This document shows positions 26,807 through 37,551 of a stretch of 64,000 nucleotides of DNA, one piece after another. Where the stretch lies: NCBI RefSeq assembly GCF_028368995.1, contig NZ_JAQNDL010000003.1, positions 992,001 through 1,056,000 of the forward strand, read 5' to 3'. The number at the start of each line of letters is the position of its first letter. Position 1 is the first letter of the stretch. The stretch is from Nannocystis bainbridge. Its GTDB lineage: Bacteria; Myxococcota_A; Polyangia; Nannocystales; Nannocystaceae. The notes beneath the pieces were generated by a model. That model searched no databases, had not been told where the DNA came from, and was given only the letters and a program-made list of their open reading frames with translations. A program made the position numbers and the translations under genes.

Positions 26807-27580
26807 ATGGAACCGAGCAAGCCCTCCGCCTCCCTCGATCTGCGACCGTTCGGCCTCCTCGGCGTCGGCGTCGCGCTGGTCCTCGCCACATACATCGCCA
26901 GCAGCACCTGGGAGCGCGTCCGTGTGCGCCCCGTGGTCCGCACGATCCAGGTCACCGGCTCGGCCAAGAAGCGCATCGTCTCGGACTTCATCGAGTGGAC
27001 CGCGACCGTCGAAGCCAGCGCCGACGGCCGCACCGAGGCCTATCGGGTGCTCCACGACAACGCCAAGCGCACCGAAGAGTTCCTGATCAAGCACGGCGTG
27101 CCCAAGGACCACATCTGGCTGTCCTCGGCCAGCGTCGACCCGTCCTACGAGACCGAGTATCACGGCACCGGCGAGAACCGCATCGAGAAGCAAGTGCTCA
27201 AGGGCTACGACGCGCTGCAGGAGATCAAGGTCCGCTCCAGCGACGTCGCCCTGGTGGAGAAGATGTCGCGCGAGGTCACCGAGCTGCTCGAGCAAGGCGT
27301 GACCGTCAGCTCCGACGCTCCGGAGTACTTCTACACGAAGCTCGGCGACGTGAAGATCGAGATGCTCGCCGAAGCCTCGCGCGACGCCCGAACCCGCGCC
27401 GACAACATCGTCGCCTCGGCCGGCGGCGCCGAGATCGGCGCGCTGCGCACGGCCGACATGGGCGTCATCAACGTGAACCCGGCAAACTCCACGACGGGCT
27501 CGTGGGACGGCAACAACGATACTTCGTCGCTCGAGAAGGACATCATCACGATCGTCCACGCTACGTTCGAGCTGAAGTAG
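26807..27580 (+). CDS. SIMPL (DUF541) domain protein
   Basis: RTIQVTGSAKKRIVSD, YFYTKLGDVKIEMLAEASRDARTRA, IGALRTADMGV. Confidence 0.9.
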   Translation: MEPSKPSASLDLRPFGLLGVGVALVLATYIASSTWERVRVRPVVRTIQVTGSAKKRIVSDFIEWTATVEASADGRTEAYRVLHDNAKRTEEFLIKHGVPKDHIWLSSASVDPSYETEYHGTGENRIEKQVLKGYDALQEIKVRSSDVALVEKMSREVTELLEQGVTVSSDAPEYFYTKLGDVKIEMLAEASRDARTRADNIVASAGGAEIGALRTADMGVINVNPANSTTGSWDGNNDTSSLEKDIITIVHATFELK

Positions 27581-27639
27581 GGCTCCGCGGGGTTGAGGGT
27601 TCTTGCTTGGCAAGCGACCCGCGAGAGGCGAGACCACTT

Positions 27640-29150
27640 GCCCAATGTTCGCACCAACTCGGGCACGGGCGCTGAACGGCGAGCCAGCCCTCGTCTCCCG
27701 CAGCCCGGCGGGTAGAGAGGCCGCGAGACCGCCTCGCGCGGCGCCAGACACGATTGGTACGTCGCCCGGGCAATCGTGGCTCGCCCGTTTACACGGGCTG
27801 GCCGAGTGCTTCCACCAGGCACTCCTCCGCGACACGAAGCTTGCCGCGTGTCGCAAAATCCCGGTCCACGGCATACATGCCCAGAACCTCCACGGCATAG
27901 GAATGGAACCCGACGGCCGCTTGCCGGTTCCAAAACTTGAACAGCCGAATCCCGCGCCGAAGGTCGCGAAACGGCGCATCCAATTCGTCGATCAGCCGTA
28001 TCTGTCGCTCGACAGACGTAGCGACGAATCTGTCGGTCTGGCGCCGCAGGATGAGCGCATGTTCGATATCATCACCCTCGACGAGCTATTACCTCTACGT
28101 CCTGCTCGACATCTACAGCCGCTGCGTCGTCGGCTGGACCCTGGCGCACCGCGAGAGCGCCGACCTCGCCGCACGCCTGATCCGCGCCGCCTGCGACAAG
28201 CAGAACATCCAACCTGACCAATTGACCATTCACGCCGATCGCGGCGCCGTTCCCACGTCGCGCGAGCTCGCCGACCTCTACGATGCCCTGGGTGCCCGCC
28301 GCTCGCACAGCAGGCCCCACGTCAGCGACGACAACCCGTACTCGGAGGCCCACTTCAAGACCCTCAAGTACACCCACGACTACCCCGACCGCTTCGCCTC
28401 CTACGACGACGCCCACGCCTTCTGCGCCCGCTTCGTCGACGGCTACAACCATCACCACCGCCACTCCGGCATCGCCTTCCTGGCCCCCGCCGACGTGCAT
28501 TACGGCCGCACCGAGGCCATCCTGTCCATCAGGGCTGCCGCCCTCCACGCCGCCTTCGAAGCCCATCCCGAGCGCTTCGTCCGTGGAAGGCCCACGCCGC
28601 GCCGGCCACCCGCCGCGGTCTACATCAACCCACCGCGCCGCCTCGAACGCGGCCTTCGCGAGTACGACGTCCATGTCCTTTCGGACAGGTGCAGCACGAC
28701 CGATAGCCCACCGGACTGCTACTGCGGCGAAATCTCACATTCACTAAACAGGACCCGCGCCGTGTCTCAAAGTCATTGACAGGCTCCGATCCCGACCGAG
28801 CCCCCTCTTCTTGAACTTGATCCGACCGAGTGTCGCTGCGACCGGACGATGGCGTGCCCGGCGTCAAGTTCGAAGCGTAAGCGCTGCTCTACACGCGCGT
28901 GGGCGGCCGATGACCGTACTCGGCAGCAGTTCCTCCCCGCGGGTCGTTTGCCAGATTCAATGGTCGAGATAAACGTAGAGGTCCTCGAGCTCTGCCCCGC
29001 GATGGCGTTCCCTTTGCCGATTGAACCGCCCACGCGGGTATCGGACGACACCGAACTCGCGGTTGTTTCAAGGGACAGAGCGTCTCCGACGCTCAGGATC
29101 TCCGCAGCGAACTCGTCGACATGTTCGGACGACGCGCCGCGTGAACGACC
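27640..29150 (-). pseudogene. Decayed CD-NTase (CBASS-type oligonucleotide cyclase) interrupted by an IS3 remnant
   Basis: Minus-strand fragments in shifting frames: RVGGSIGKGNAI / EDLYVYL / VRSQRHSVG-IKF, then after the IS LVEGDDIEHALIL...FVATSVERQI...RRGIRLFKFWNR...FHSYAVEVL. Frameshifts and a stop are present. Ends are approximate. Confidence 0.6.
28087..28788 (+). mobile_element. IS3-family remnant (integrase core and right end only)
   Basis: YYLYVLLDIYSRCVVGW...HADRG...SRPHVSDDNPYSEAHFKTLKY...YNHHHRHSGI; terminal TGTCTCAAAGTCATTGACAGGCTCCG. The 5' half is missing. Confidence 0.85.
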
Positions 29151-29511
29151 ACGTGTCCGGATTCCAGCAGCCGGCGCAGGCCAGCAGGCACCCTGAACCC
29201 AGGCGACGAGTCGCTCGCCGGGGCCGTTCGCCGCGCTGCGGCGGAGGTGCGGGCGACGTTGAGCTTCATCCATAAGTCCGCTTGAGCAGCACGAGGCGGA
29301 TCGCTACGGCCCGACCACTGGGTCCGCACCCATCGAGATCCGGATCGGCTGCGATGGCGCGTTCACGCTGACGGGCTTCCCGAGCGACGAATGGGTCGAC
29401 GACGGCTGATGATCATTGCCAGCGCGCCGCGTCCTGATGGCTCTGGCTAACACCGTTCAGAGCGCAAGCCGCCTTGTGAAGCCCATCTCCCTGTGTTGAT
29501 GTTTCCGAGTC

Positions 29512-30870
29512 ATGATCGCCCTCGTCCCCCTCGCGCGCCCTGCCGAGGTCCTGCTCTGGGCCGCCCCGCTCCCGGGCGAGTCCGAGTTTGTCCTCGAAGA
29601 CCCGCTCGCGCTCGACTATCTCGGCCAGCAGCTCGGCTATTTCCTCCTCCCGGCGCTCACGACCCGCAGCGGCCAGGCGCAGTACTTTGCCCTGGTCCTC
29701 TACGGCCTCGACCTCGCCGAGCGTGCCCTCAAGGAATACGGCCTGCCCGATGACGATGACGAGCGCCGTCGGCTGTTCGAACGGTGGGAACGGCTATGGG
29801 CGCTCGCCACCCTCGAGTCCCGCAACGGCTCGCTCGGCCGCGGTCACCCCGACGCCATGCGCGGCGCTCGTGGCGTCAGCAAGACCTGGTTCTCCGGCGA
29901 CAAGCCGCTCCCGCGCGACTACCCGCTCATCTCCCGCCAGAGCGAGCTGGGCGGCCTCGGCGCGTACCTCGTCCCGCTCCGCGACCTCGGCCTCGTCTAC
30001 CCCGGCAGCTTGCGGATCACCCCGGCCGCCACCCCGATCGTCGACGCCTTCTGGGGCGAGCCCGGCACCACGCACATGCAGCGCTTCGACAACTGGGCGC
30101 TGCACGTGCTCGCGCCGGCCACCAGTCGCATCGAGCGCAAGTTCCAGAATTTCCGCCTCGCCACCCTCGGCGAGCGCTCGCGCCTGACCAGCATCCTCGG
30201 CCGCAGGCCCCAGCAGGATCGAATCTTCGAGGCCGTCGTCGAGCGCGCCCCGCCGCCGAGCCTCGCCGTCGCCCGCCTCGTCGAGCGGGCGACCCGGCTC
30301 GATATCCACGATCCGCGCGACGTGCTCCTCGCCATGCTCGCTGGTCGCTGCGGCCCCGTCGACGCTCCACTGCGGGACTTGCTCGGCCTCGCCCTCGCCT
30401 TTGGCGACACCGCCGTCGCCGTACGCGACTGCTTCGACACCATCTACACCGACATCACCGACGCCGGCTTCATCGCCGCGCGCGCCCGCATCGTCGGCCA
30501 GTCGCTCACGACCGAACGCCTGGACAACCTCCGCCGCGCCACTGCGGCCCTGCTCGCCGCCCCCGAGCTCGCGCGTCTGCAGCGACTGCCGATGCACGGC
30601 CGCGTCTTCCTCCGCCTCGCCGAGGATCTCTCCGGCGCCACGCCCGACGCCGTCCTCGACCACATCCTCGCCTTCCACCGCCGCGTCCAGCGCGAGCGCA
30701 CCACCGGCGACAGCTGGATCGCCCATGACGGCGGCGACCTCAGAATCGCCCAGACCCGCTACACCGGCCACCGCTTCGAGGCCCGCTTCCCCGCCTTCAA
30801 GCTCAACATCGTCCGCAACCTGCTCGAAACGACAGGCCGTCTCCCCGCCACGAACGGAGCGCCGCAATGA
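29512..30870 (+). CDS. DUF6361-like protein, first gene of a putative defence operon
   Basis: EDPLALDYLGQQLGYFLLPALTTRSGQAQYF resembles the DxLG...LxPxxxT...RYF N-terminus, plus LGAYLVPLRDLG. ATGA overlap with the next gene. Confidence 0.6.
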   Translation: MIALVPLARPAEVLLWAAPLPGESEFVLEDPLALDYLGQQLGYFLLPALTTRSGQAQYFALVLYGLDLAERALKEYGLPDDDDERRRLFERWERLWALATLESRNGSLGRGHPDAMRGARGVSKTWFSGDKPLPRDYPLISRQSELGGLGAYLVPLRDLGLVYPGSLRITPAATPIVDAFWGEPGTTHMQRFDNWALHVLAPATSRIERKFQNFRLATLGERSRLTSILGRRPQQDRIFEAVVERAPPPSLAVARLVERATRLDIHDPRDVLLAMLAGRCGPVDAPLRDLLGLALAFGDTAVAVRDCFDTIYTDITDAGFIAARARIVGQSLTTERLDNLRRATAALLAAPELARLQRLPMHGRVFLRLAEDLSGATPDAVLDHILAFHRRVQRERTTGDSWIAHDGGDLRIAQTRYTGHRFEARFPAFKLNIVRNLLETTGRLPATNGAPQ

Positions 30871-33056
30871 CGAAACGATCCGCCCCCCCGCGGCGCACCG
30901 CCCTCGAATGTCTCGAGAGCCAGGAGCCCTGCCTCGGCGCCGTCTTCTGCTCCTATACCTTCGACCCGATCTTCTTCGAGTCGCACGTCCTGCGCACGAT
31001 CCTCAAGCTGCAGAGCGATCCCGACGAACAGCTCCCCGACTTCCTGCGCGAGGGTCTAAAGGCGCTCCAGGGCGTTCCGGTCGCCTGTTTCGTGGACGCC
31101 GATGCCCGCACACCCGGCCAGCGCCTCCCCTACGACCTTCGTCTCATCTCCGCTCGCGTCTTCCACCCCAAGCTCGCCCTGCTCGTCCACAACGATCACG
31201 CGAACCTGCTCCTTGGGTCTGGCAACCTCACGCGTGGTGGCTACGGCGACAACACCGAACTGTGGTTCCCCCGCAAGCTCCGCTACAGCGACGCGAACGA
31301 CGTCGCTGCCTTGCGCGCGCTACTCGGCTTCCTGGGCGGCGTCGAGGCCCTCGCTGGCGCACCGAGCCCGCAGCTCGCCCTCGTCCGCACCAGCCTCACC
31401 GCTCGCCTCGCTACCGCCCCCGCCCAGGCCGACGCCCGCACCTTCCACGTCCTGCACTCCCTGCAGGCCCCGCTGCTCCCGGCCTTCCTCGAGCTCGTCC
31501 CGCGCGACGCGGAGATCCTCCAGCTCGGCGTGCTCGCGCCATTCTTCGAGCGCGACGATCAGCAGGCTGCCGAACTCGAACAGGTCCAATCACTCGTCAG
31601 CTACATCCTCGCCGCTCGCAACAGCCACAAGGCCGAGCTCCACCTTGGCTTCGGCTGGCAGGGCGGCCCGCTTGGTCCCCCGGCTATTGTCCCCGCGCTC
31701 GAGCAGAGAGTCGGCCAGCTCTGGGTCCATCGCACGCCCGGCGATCCGCCGACCATCGAGTACTTCATCCCGCTCAAGTGCACCGCCAAGACGGTCCGCT
31801 ACCTCGACCACCGGCTGAAAGAGCGCTCGTGGTCCCGCGAGGACGCCGACGAGGCCCACGCCGCGCGTCAGCTCTATCCGGCCGCCCCGCCGGTCGCCAA
31901 CGGTCCCGCGCGGATCGTCGAGGCGCTCGCCAGTCAACGCGAGCTGCGGACCTGGCTCCTGCCGACCCTCCGCTTCGACGATGACCGCCCGGTGCGCCGC
32001 CCACTGCACGCCAAACTGCTGACGATCACCACCGAGCGTCGCGGCGTCATCACCACCTACGTCCTCGTCGGCTCTCCCAACGCCTCTGGCCGTGCCCTGC
32101 TGCACCCGCCACCGCACGGCAACGTCGAGCTCGCCATGGTCTTCTCGGCCGAGGGCGCATGGGCCCTCCCCGATCTGGCACCCGAACTGATCGCCTGTCC
32201 ACGCGACCAGCTTCAACTCGCCGAGCCTGTCTTCCCGGCGACCGGCGTCAACCTCGGTCGCTGGATCGCCGACGCCACCTACGACCCTCGCGCCCGCGAG
32301 CTCCGCGTCGTCTGGGCCGATGGCATCGCGGCGGCACCGACCTCCTGGCGCCTCCTGTACGTCGAGCGCCAGCTGGCCCACGGTGACACCCCGCCGTTCG
32401 GCGAGCTCCGCCTCGGCGGATTCGATCTCCTCGCGATCTGCTGCGAGCTGACGCTCGAGATCGCCGGCGTCTTTTACAGCGTCCCGATCCGCGTCACCGA
32501 CCTCGGTGCCCTGCCCGCCGACCCGGTCGAGGCGCAGTACGGCCTCGCCGAGTTGATCGCCCTGCTCAGCCGCCGGATCGGTCGTGAGCGCCTGCGCCAC
32601 GTCGCCACCCAGGCCGGCCCACAGGGCACTTCCGCCGTCCTCGAGACCATCTTCGGCGAAGGCTTCACCCCGACCGACATCTTCCGCACGTGGAAGAACC
32701 TCGCCCGCGACCTCCGCGAGGAGAACATCACCCTCGCCGCGTTCCGCCACATCCTCGCCGGCCCGATCGGTGTCCGCGCCGTCTGGCAGCGCATGCGCGA
32801 CGCGATCGGCGGCGCCCTCACCCGCGAGGTCGTGTGGTTCTACGGCGCCGAACTTCTCAAGACCTTCAGCGAGCTCGAGCTGCCCGCGGACCCCGACCAG
32901 CCGAGCAAGCTCGCCGAACTCGCCGGGTTCCTGAACGACCTGCGCGCCGACCTCGGCGCGCTCGCGCCCGACATTCAAGGTCGCCCGTGGATCGGTCCGA
33001 TCCTGCGCTTCTATCAACCACTGACTGCCCCGAGCGAACGCCATGACCCTGCGTGA
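30867..33056 (+). CDS. Phospholipase D-family nuclease-like protein (two HxK motifs)
   Basis: SYTFDP; VFHPKLALL...LGSGNLT; LHAKLL...VGSPNAS. Confidence 0.8.
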   Translation: MTKRSAPPRRTALECLESQEPCLGAVFCSYTFDPIFFESHVLRTILKLQSDPDEQLPDFLREGLKALQGVPVACFVDADARTPGQRLPYDLRLISARVFHPKLALLVHNDHANLLLGSGNLTRGGYGDNTELWFPRKLRYSDANDVAALRALLGFLGGVEALAGAPSPQLALVRTSLTARLATAPAQADARTFHVLHSLQAPLLPAFLELVPRDAEILQLGVLAPFFERDDQQAAELEQVQSLVSYILAARNSHKAELHLGFGWQGGPLGPPAIVPALEQRVGQLWVHRTPGDPPTIEYFIPLKCTAKTVRYLDHRLKERSWSREDADEAHAARQLYPAAPPVANGPARIVEALASQRELRTWLLPTLRFDDDRPVRRPLHAKLLTITTERRGVITTYVLVGSPNASGRALLHPPPHGNVELAMVFSAEGAWALPDLAPELIACPRDQLQLAEPVFPATGVNLGRWIADATYDPRARELRVVWADGIAAAPTSWRLLYVERQLAHGDTPPFGELRLGGFDLLAICCELTLEIAGVFYSVPIRVTDLGALPADPVEAQYGLAELIALLSRRIGRERLRHVATQAGPQGTSAVLETIFGEGFTPTDIFRTWKNLARDLREENITLAAFRHILAGPIGVRAVWQRMRDAIGGALTREVVWFYGAELLKTFSELELPADPDQPSKLAELAGFLNDLRADLGALAPDIQGRPWIGPILRFYQPLTAPSERHDPA

Positions 33057-35976
33057 CCAAGCCTGGCTCCGCACCTTCCTCGACCTCGGCGCGCACGCCC
33101 AGCAGGGCAACATCTCCTCGCGTGACATCGAGCGGCAGGAGGACACCGTCCTCCGCGCCCTCGACATCTTGCAGGACCACCCCGGCGTCGTGCTCGCCGA
33201 CGAGGTCGGCATGGGCAAGACCTTCGAGGCGCTCGGCGTGCTCGCAGCCCGCGCTCACGTCGCGCCCGACAGCCGCTTCCTCGTCATCACGCCCGGCCCC
33301 GACCTCAACAAGAAGTGGACCCGAGAGATCCGGCGCTTCATCGCCGACGCCGGCGGCGGTCGCAAGATCTACGGCGGCCTCGAGCCCGACGCGATCCTGG
33401 ACGTCGGTCGTCTCGGCGACCTCCTGGTCGAGGCCCCGCGCCGTCGCGTGCTGATCGCCCCGATCAGCCTGTTCTTGCGCGGCGTCCGCGAGGACCACGC
33501 CGACCTGCTCGACCTCTTCTGTCGCTACAAGCGCCTCTCCGGCCCGACGCGCGCCGCCATCTTCCGCCGCTTCCGCGACGGCGCCTGCCAGCGCGAACCC
33601 GCCGAGACCTTCTTCGGAAAGTTCGACTACGCCGCCCTCGAGCCGCACCTCGCGGCCGCCTTCGCGCGCGCCGACGGCAACGAGCCCACGCTCGACGCCG
33701 CCTACGCCGAGCACGGCAACGAGCTCTTCGCCGCCGACAACAAGGTCGGCAAGATCCTCGACCTCCTCGACCTCGCCCGCTACCGGCTCGCCCGCGCCCT
33801 GCTCCCGACCTTCGACCTGCTCGTCGTCGACGAGGCCCACAAGCTCAAGAACCGCGAGACCAAGCGCGCCCTGTCGCTGAGCCAGGCCCTGCGCCAGCGC
33901 TTCCGCAACGCCCTCTTCTTGACCGCGACGCCGTTCCAGCTCGGCATCGACGAGCTGCGTCAGGTCTTCGCCCTCTTCTCTCTCGCCCAGACCGCGCCTC
34001 CCGACCTGCAAGAGCGCGCCGAGCAGCTGCTGACCGACATCCGCGATTATCAGGGCACCTACGCCGCCTTCGAGCGCGACTGGGGCCGCGTCGATCCGGT
34101 GCTCGCCGCCGAGCTCGGCCAGCACCTCGAGCGTTCGCCCGATCTCTCACAGCTCCCCGACAACCCCGCTCTCCGCCCGGTCGCGCTGCACGTGCGGCGG
34201 CTGATCGAGCTCAAGGACGCGCGCATCGAACCGGCCTTCCGCCGCTGGATGGTCCGCAGCCGCCGTGACGACCGCTTCCTCTACCGGGACCACTGCCCCA
34301 GGCACTTGCCCGTCGCGGGTCCGGCGATGATCCCCTTCCTCGCCTACGAGCGGCTGATCGCCGAACTGTTCGACCAGAAGCATCCGACCCACAAGGCCGC
34401 AGTCGAGATCAACATGGTCTCGTCCTACAGCGCCGCCCAGAAGAGCGAGATGCTCTCGAACGAGAAGACCGCCGCGATCCCGTCGATCGAGCGCTACCGC
34501 GGCCTCTTGCGCGACATCTTGAAGAACCTCTCCGACGAGCGCGACAGTCATCCCAAGCTCTCGCACGTCCTGGGCGACGTCCTGCGCGCCGCCGAGGAGC
34601 GTGGTGAAAAGACGCTGATCTTCTGCGCCCGGATCCAGACGCTGCACGAGCTCCAGCGCAAGCTGCACGACGCCTGGGAGGACCGCCTCCTCGACCGCTG
34701 GCGCCACGCCTACCCCGATGCCGACCACGAGGGCATCTTCGGCGAGCGCGGCGAGGACCGCCACGCCCGCGGCCGCCATGCCCTGCTACAGCAGCGATTC
34801 CACCGCACCCAGGACCTCCTCTACTTCGCGCTGCGCGAGCGCTACCTGCAGACGTTGCTCGACTTCGGGGACTGGGGCGAGCGCCACCTCGACGCGATCG
34901 TCGAACGCGCCGAGCCGCTGCTCCGCCAGGTCCGCACCGGCCCGACCTCCGCCGAACGCATCAACTTCTGCATCCTCAAGCGGGTCGTCGAGCGCGCCGC
35001 CGTCGAACTCCGCCGTGAACACGACCCGGCCTGGGCCAGGGAATTCTCCGAGGTCATCCAGCGGGTCTGCGACCCGCGCTTCATCCCCCACGGCTACGAC
35101 CTCGTGAAGGACGAGCTCGAGGAGTCCGAGGACGGGCACCACACCCCGACCTGGAACATCTCGCGCGAGCACGCGCAGCTCGTCGTCAGCGCGCAGCCCC
35201 ATCTGTGGACGTACTTCCGTGGCAACATGTACGGCCTCCCCGACGAGCGCCGGATCCAGCTCGTCGAACGGCTGGCCCGCTACCTCACCGCGCGCTACGT
35301 CCCGTTCATCGCCGACGTCATCGCCGCAGCAAGTTCGTCCGGTCTCGCCGTCGATCCCGTCCCCTCGCGCGAGCTCCTCGACCTCGTCGACGGCTTCTGG
35401 CAGACCCCTGTCGGACGCGGCTATGTCATTCAGCTGCGGCAGTTCCTGCAGTATTTCCATTACGAGCTCTCCGAGGAGTCGCAGGACAAGCTCCTCGACG
35501 GCGAGCTGCTCGAGGGCCGGTTCGTCCGCCAGACCAGCGACGGCGAGGCGCGCGAGCGCCTGCGCGAGGCCTTCAACACCCCGCTGTACCCGATGGTACT
35601 GATCGCCAACGAGGTCATGCAGGAGGGCCTCGACCTGCAGCGCTCGTGTTGCCGCATCATCCACCACGACCTGCCCTGGAACCCCGCCCAGCTCGAGCAA
35701 CGCGTCGGCCGCATCGACCGCCTCGGCGGCCGGATCCACAAGCTGCGCGACAAGAACGCCGACGCCAAGCTCGAGATCCTCTACCCGCTGATCCAGCAGA
35801 CGATCGACATGCGGATCCACCAGGTCGTCCGCCAGCGCGAGAAATGGCTCGAGTTCCTGCTCGGCGCGCCGCCCGATCCCCAGGAGTACGCCGAGGTCGA
35901 CACGCCGCCGCCGCCGCTCCCCACGGCCCTCGCCGACCGCCTCCGCATCGACCTGCGCCCGCGCTCTCCTTCCTGA
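33043..35976 (+). CDS. SNF2-related SF2 helicase
   Basis: VLADEVGMGKT, VVDEAH, LTATP, QEGLDLQ, DLPWNPAQLEQRVGRIDR. Confidence 0.92.
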   Translation: MTLRDQAWLRTFLDLGAHAQQGNISSRDIERQEDTVLRALDILQDHPGVVLADEVGMGKTFEALGVLAARAHVAPDSRFLVITPGPDLNKKWTREIRRFIADAGGGRKIYGGLEPDAILDVGRLGDLLVEAPRRRVLIAPISLFLRGVREDHADLLDLFCRYKRLSGPTRAAIFRRFRDGACQREPAETFFGKFDYAALEPHLAAAFARADGNEPTLDAAYAEHGNELFAADNKVGKILDLLDLARYRLARALLPTFDLLVVDEAHKLKNRETKRALSLSQALRQRFRNALFLTATPFQLGIDELRQVFALFSLAQTAPPDLQERAEQLLTDIRDYQGTYAAFERDWGRVDPVLAAELGQHLERSPDLSQLPDNPALRPVALHVRRLIELKDARIEPAFRRWMVRSRRDDRFLYRDHCPRHLPVAGPAMIPFLAYERLIAELFDQKHPTHKAAVEINMVSSYSAAQKSEMLSNEKTAAIPSIERYRGLLRDILKNLSDERDSHPKLSHVLGDVLRAAEERGEKTLIFCARIQTLHELQRKLHDAWEDRLLDRWRHAYPDADHEGIFGERGEDRHARGRHALLQQRFHRTQDLLYFALRERYLQTLLDFGDWGERHLDAIVERAEPLLRQVRTGPTSAERINFCILKRVVERAAVELRREHDPAWAREFSEVIQRVCDPRFIPHGYDLVKDELEESEDGHHTPTWNISREHAQLVVSAQPHLWTYFRGNMYGLPDERRIQLVERLARYLTARYVPFIADVIAAASSSGLAVDPVPSRELLDLVDGFWQTPVGRGYVIQLRQFLQYFHYELSEESQDKLLDGELLEGRFVRQTSDGEARERLREAFNTPLYPMVLIANEVMQEGLDLQRSCCRIIHHDLPWNPAQLEQRVGRIDRLGGRIHKLRDKNADAKLEILYPLIQQTIDMRIHQVVRQREKWLEFLLGAPPDPQEYAEVDTPPPPLPTALADRLRIDLRPRSPS

Positions 35977-36028
35977 CGCGCGGTGCGCAGGTTCAGCTCG
36001 TCGCGCCGTCCTACAATCAATGGTTCGC

Positions 36029-36059
36029 CGAGGCTGTCATTGCAGCCTCGCGCTTTTTT
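36029..36059 (+). terminator. Probable intrinsic terminator of the helicase operon
   Basis: CGAGGCTG-TCATTG-CAGCCTCG followed by CGCTTTTTT. Confidence 0.55.
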
Positions 36060-36376
36060 AGGTGCGAATGATGTGCCCGATCGGTGCGTCGATACAGTGA
36101 AGGATGGCCGGGCCAACGCGCGAACGGATCGAGCCATCCCAGCGCTATCATGATAGCGATCGAGCAACAGACCGCAGAATGGCGCGCTCCACTCGTATCG
36201 TCCCCTGAGCCCCTCGCGCTCGACGCGAACGCCCCGGTTCCGGCCGGTTCATGGGGTCTCCCGCCGACACCTGTGAGCGATATCGCCCCGTGCGAAGATG
36301 CGCCTGCCGGGCCACTCCGATCCTTGTGAGCGCCACCGCGCTGTGCGAGGATGCGCGCTCGCAGGTCGGAGGTCTC

Positions 36377-37306
36377 ATGAGCCATCGCCGCCGAAAACTC
36401 GCTCTTTCTGCCGTGGGCGTGGGGCTGCCTGGGGTCGACGACCCGGCGCTGCCGCTGCCGGTGTCTGGTTTTGCGCACTCGGCGCTGCGGTGGCCGGACG
36501 CTTCCGCGCTCATCGGCTCCACCTGGTCGGCTGCGCGCACAGCGCATTCCGGCATGAGCGACCCGGGGACCCGGCGCGTGCTCAACGAGGATGCCTTCCT
36601 CGCCGACGGTCGGCTCGGGCTGTTCATCGTCGCGGATGGTGTGGGTGGCAGGCCATTCGGCGGTCTCGCTGCTGGCGAGGCGGTGTCGGTGCTGTGGGAG
36701 TGGATCTTGCGCGAGACGAAGGCGCTCGGCGCACCGATGCGTGGGCCTGGCCAGCCATCCGGGAATGGCAGCAGTGTCGTGCAGCTCGGGTCCGTCGTTC
36801 GCACCGCCCTGCAGAACGCGTCGCGGACGCTCCGCACGATGGCCACGGCCGATCCGCGCTATGCGGGCATGTGCACGACCGCCTCGGTCGTGCTCGTCGC
36901 CGGCGACGTCGCGGTGGTCGGGCAGGTCGGAGATTCGCGGGTGTACCACGCACGCGGCGCGGCGGTGCGGCAGGTGACCGAGGATCACACGCTGCTGGGC
37001 TTGCAGGTGAAGCGAGGGCTCGTGGCGCCCGAGCAGGCGCGCGGACGACGATCGCCGATCATCCGCGCGCTCGGCCTCGCCGACGAACTCGAGGTCGACA
37101 TTCACGCGGTGCCGGTCGCCCGCGGCGATCGGCTGCTGCTGTGCTCCGACGGCCTGCACGAGCACTTCCAGCGCGAGGGTGTCCTGCAGCACCTGTTCCA
37201 GCTCGACATCCGCACCGCCGCTCCTGCCGCGGTTCACCACGCCCGACGTCGCGGCGGCCGGGACAACATCACCGCGCTGTTCGTGGAGATCCTCGGGCCG
37301 GGCTAG
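36377..37306 (+). CDS. PP2C-family Ser/Thr phosphatase
   Basis: GGAGG RBS; NEDAF, VADGVGG, GMCTT, VGDSRVY, LCSDGL, GGRDNIT. Confidence 0.92.
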   Translation: MSHRRRKLALSAVGVGLPGVDDPALPLPVSGFAHSALRWPDASALIGSTWSAARTAHSGMSDPGTRRVLNEDAFLADGRLGLFIVADGVGGRPFGGLAAGEAVSVLWEWILRETKALGAPMRGPGQPSGNGSSVVQLGSVVRTALQNASRTLRTMATADPRYAGMCTTASVVLVAGDVAVVGQVGDSRVYHARGAAVRQVTEDHTLLGLQVKRGLVAPEQARGRRSPIIRALGLADELEVDIHAVPVARGDRLLLCSDGLHEHFQREGVLQHLFQLDIRTAAPAAVHHARRRGGRDNITALFVEILGPG

Positions 37307-37551
37307 GGGGCCGAGCGATGCGCCATCGTGACCTGACCGCGGCGCGGGGACGACGGTGTCTTCATCGCCTCGCCGGGTGGACCTCGGGCGAGCTCACGCG
37401 AGCGACGGCGGGCTCGTCAGCACCTCCGCGAGCTCGCACCTCGATGCGCCCGTTGCGATCAGGGTCCGCTCCACGGTGCTTTTGGACCTCGATCCCGCGG
37501 CTCCGTGCAGGCGCTTGCCCCGGGGCCTGCGCCGGATGTTATGGTCGCCGC

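Noticed and set aside
27640-29400. Functional CBASS system
   Set aside because: The cyclase is frameshifted and interrupted, and no effector or cap genes are recognisable.
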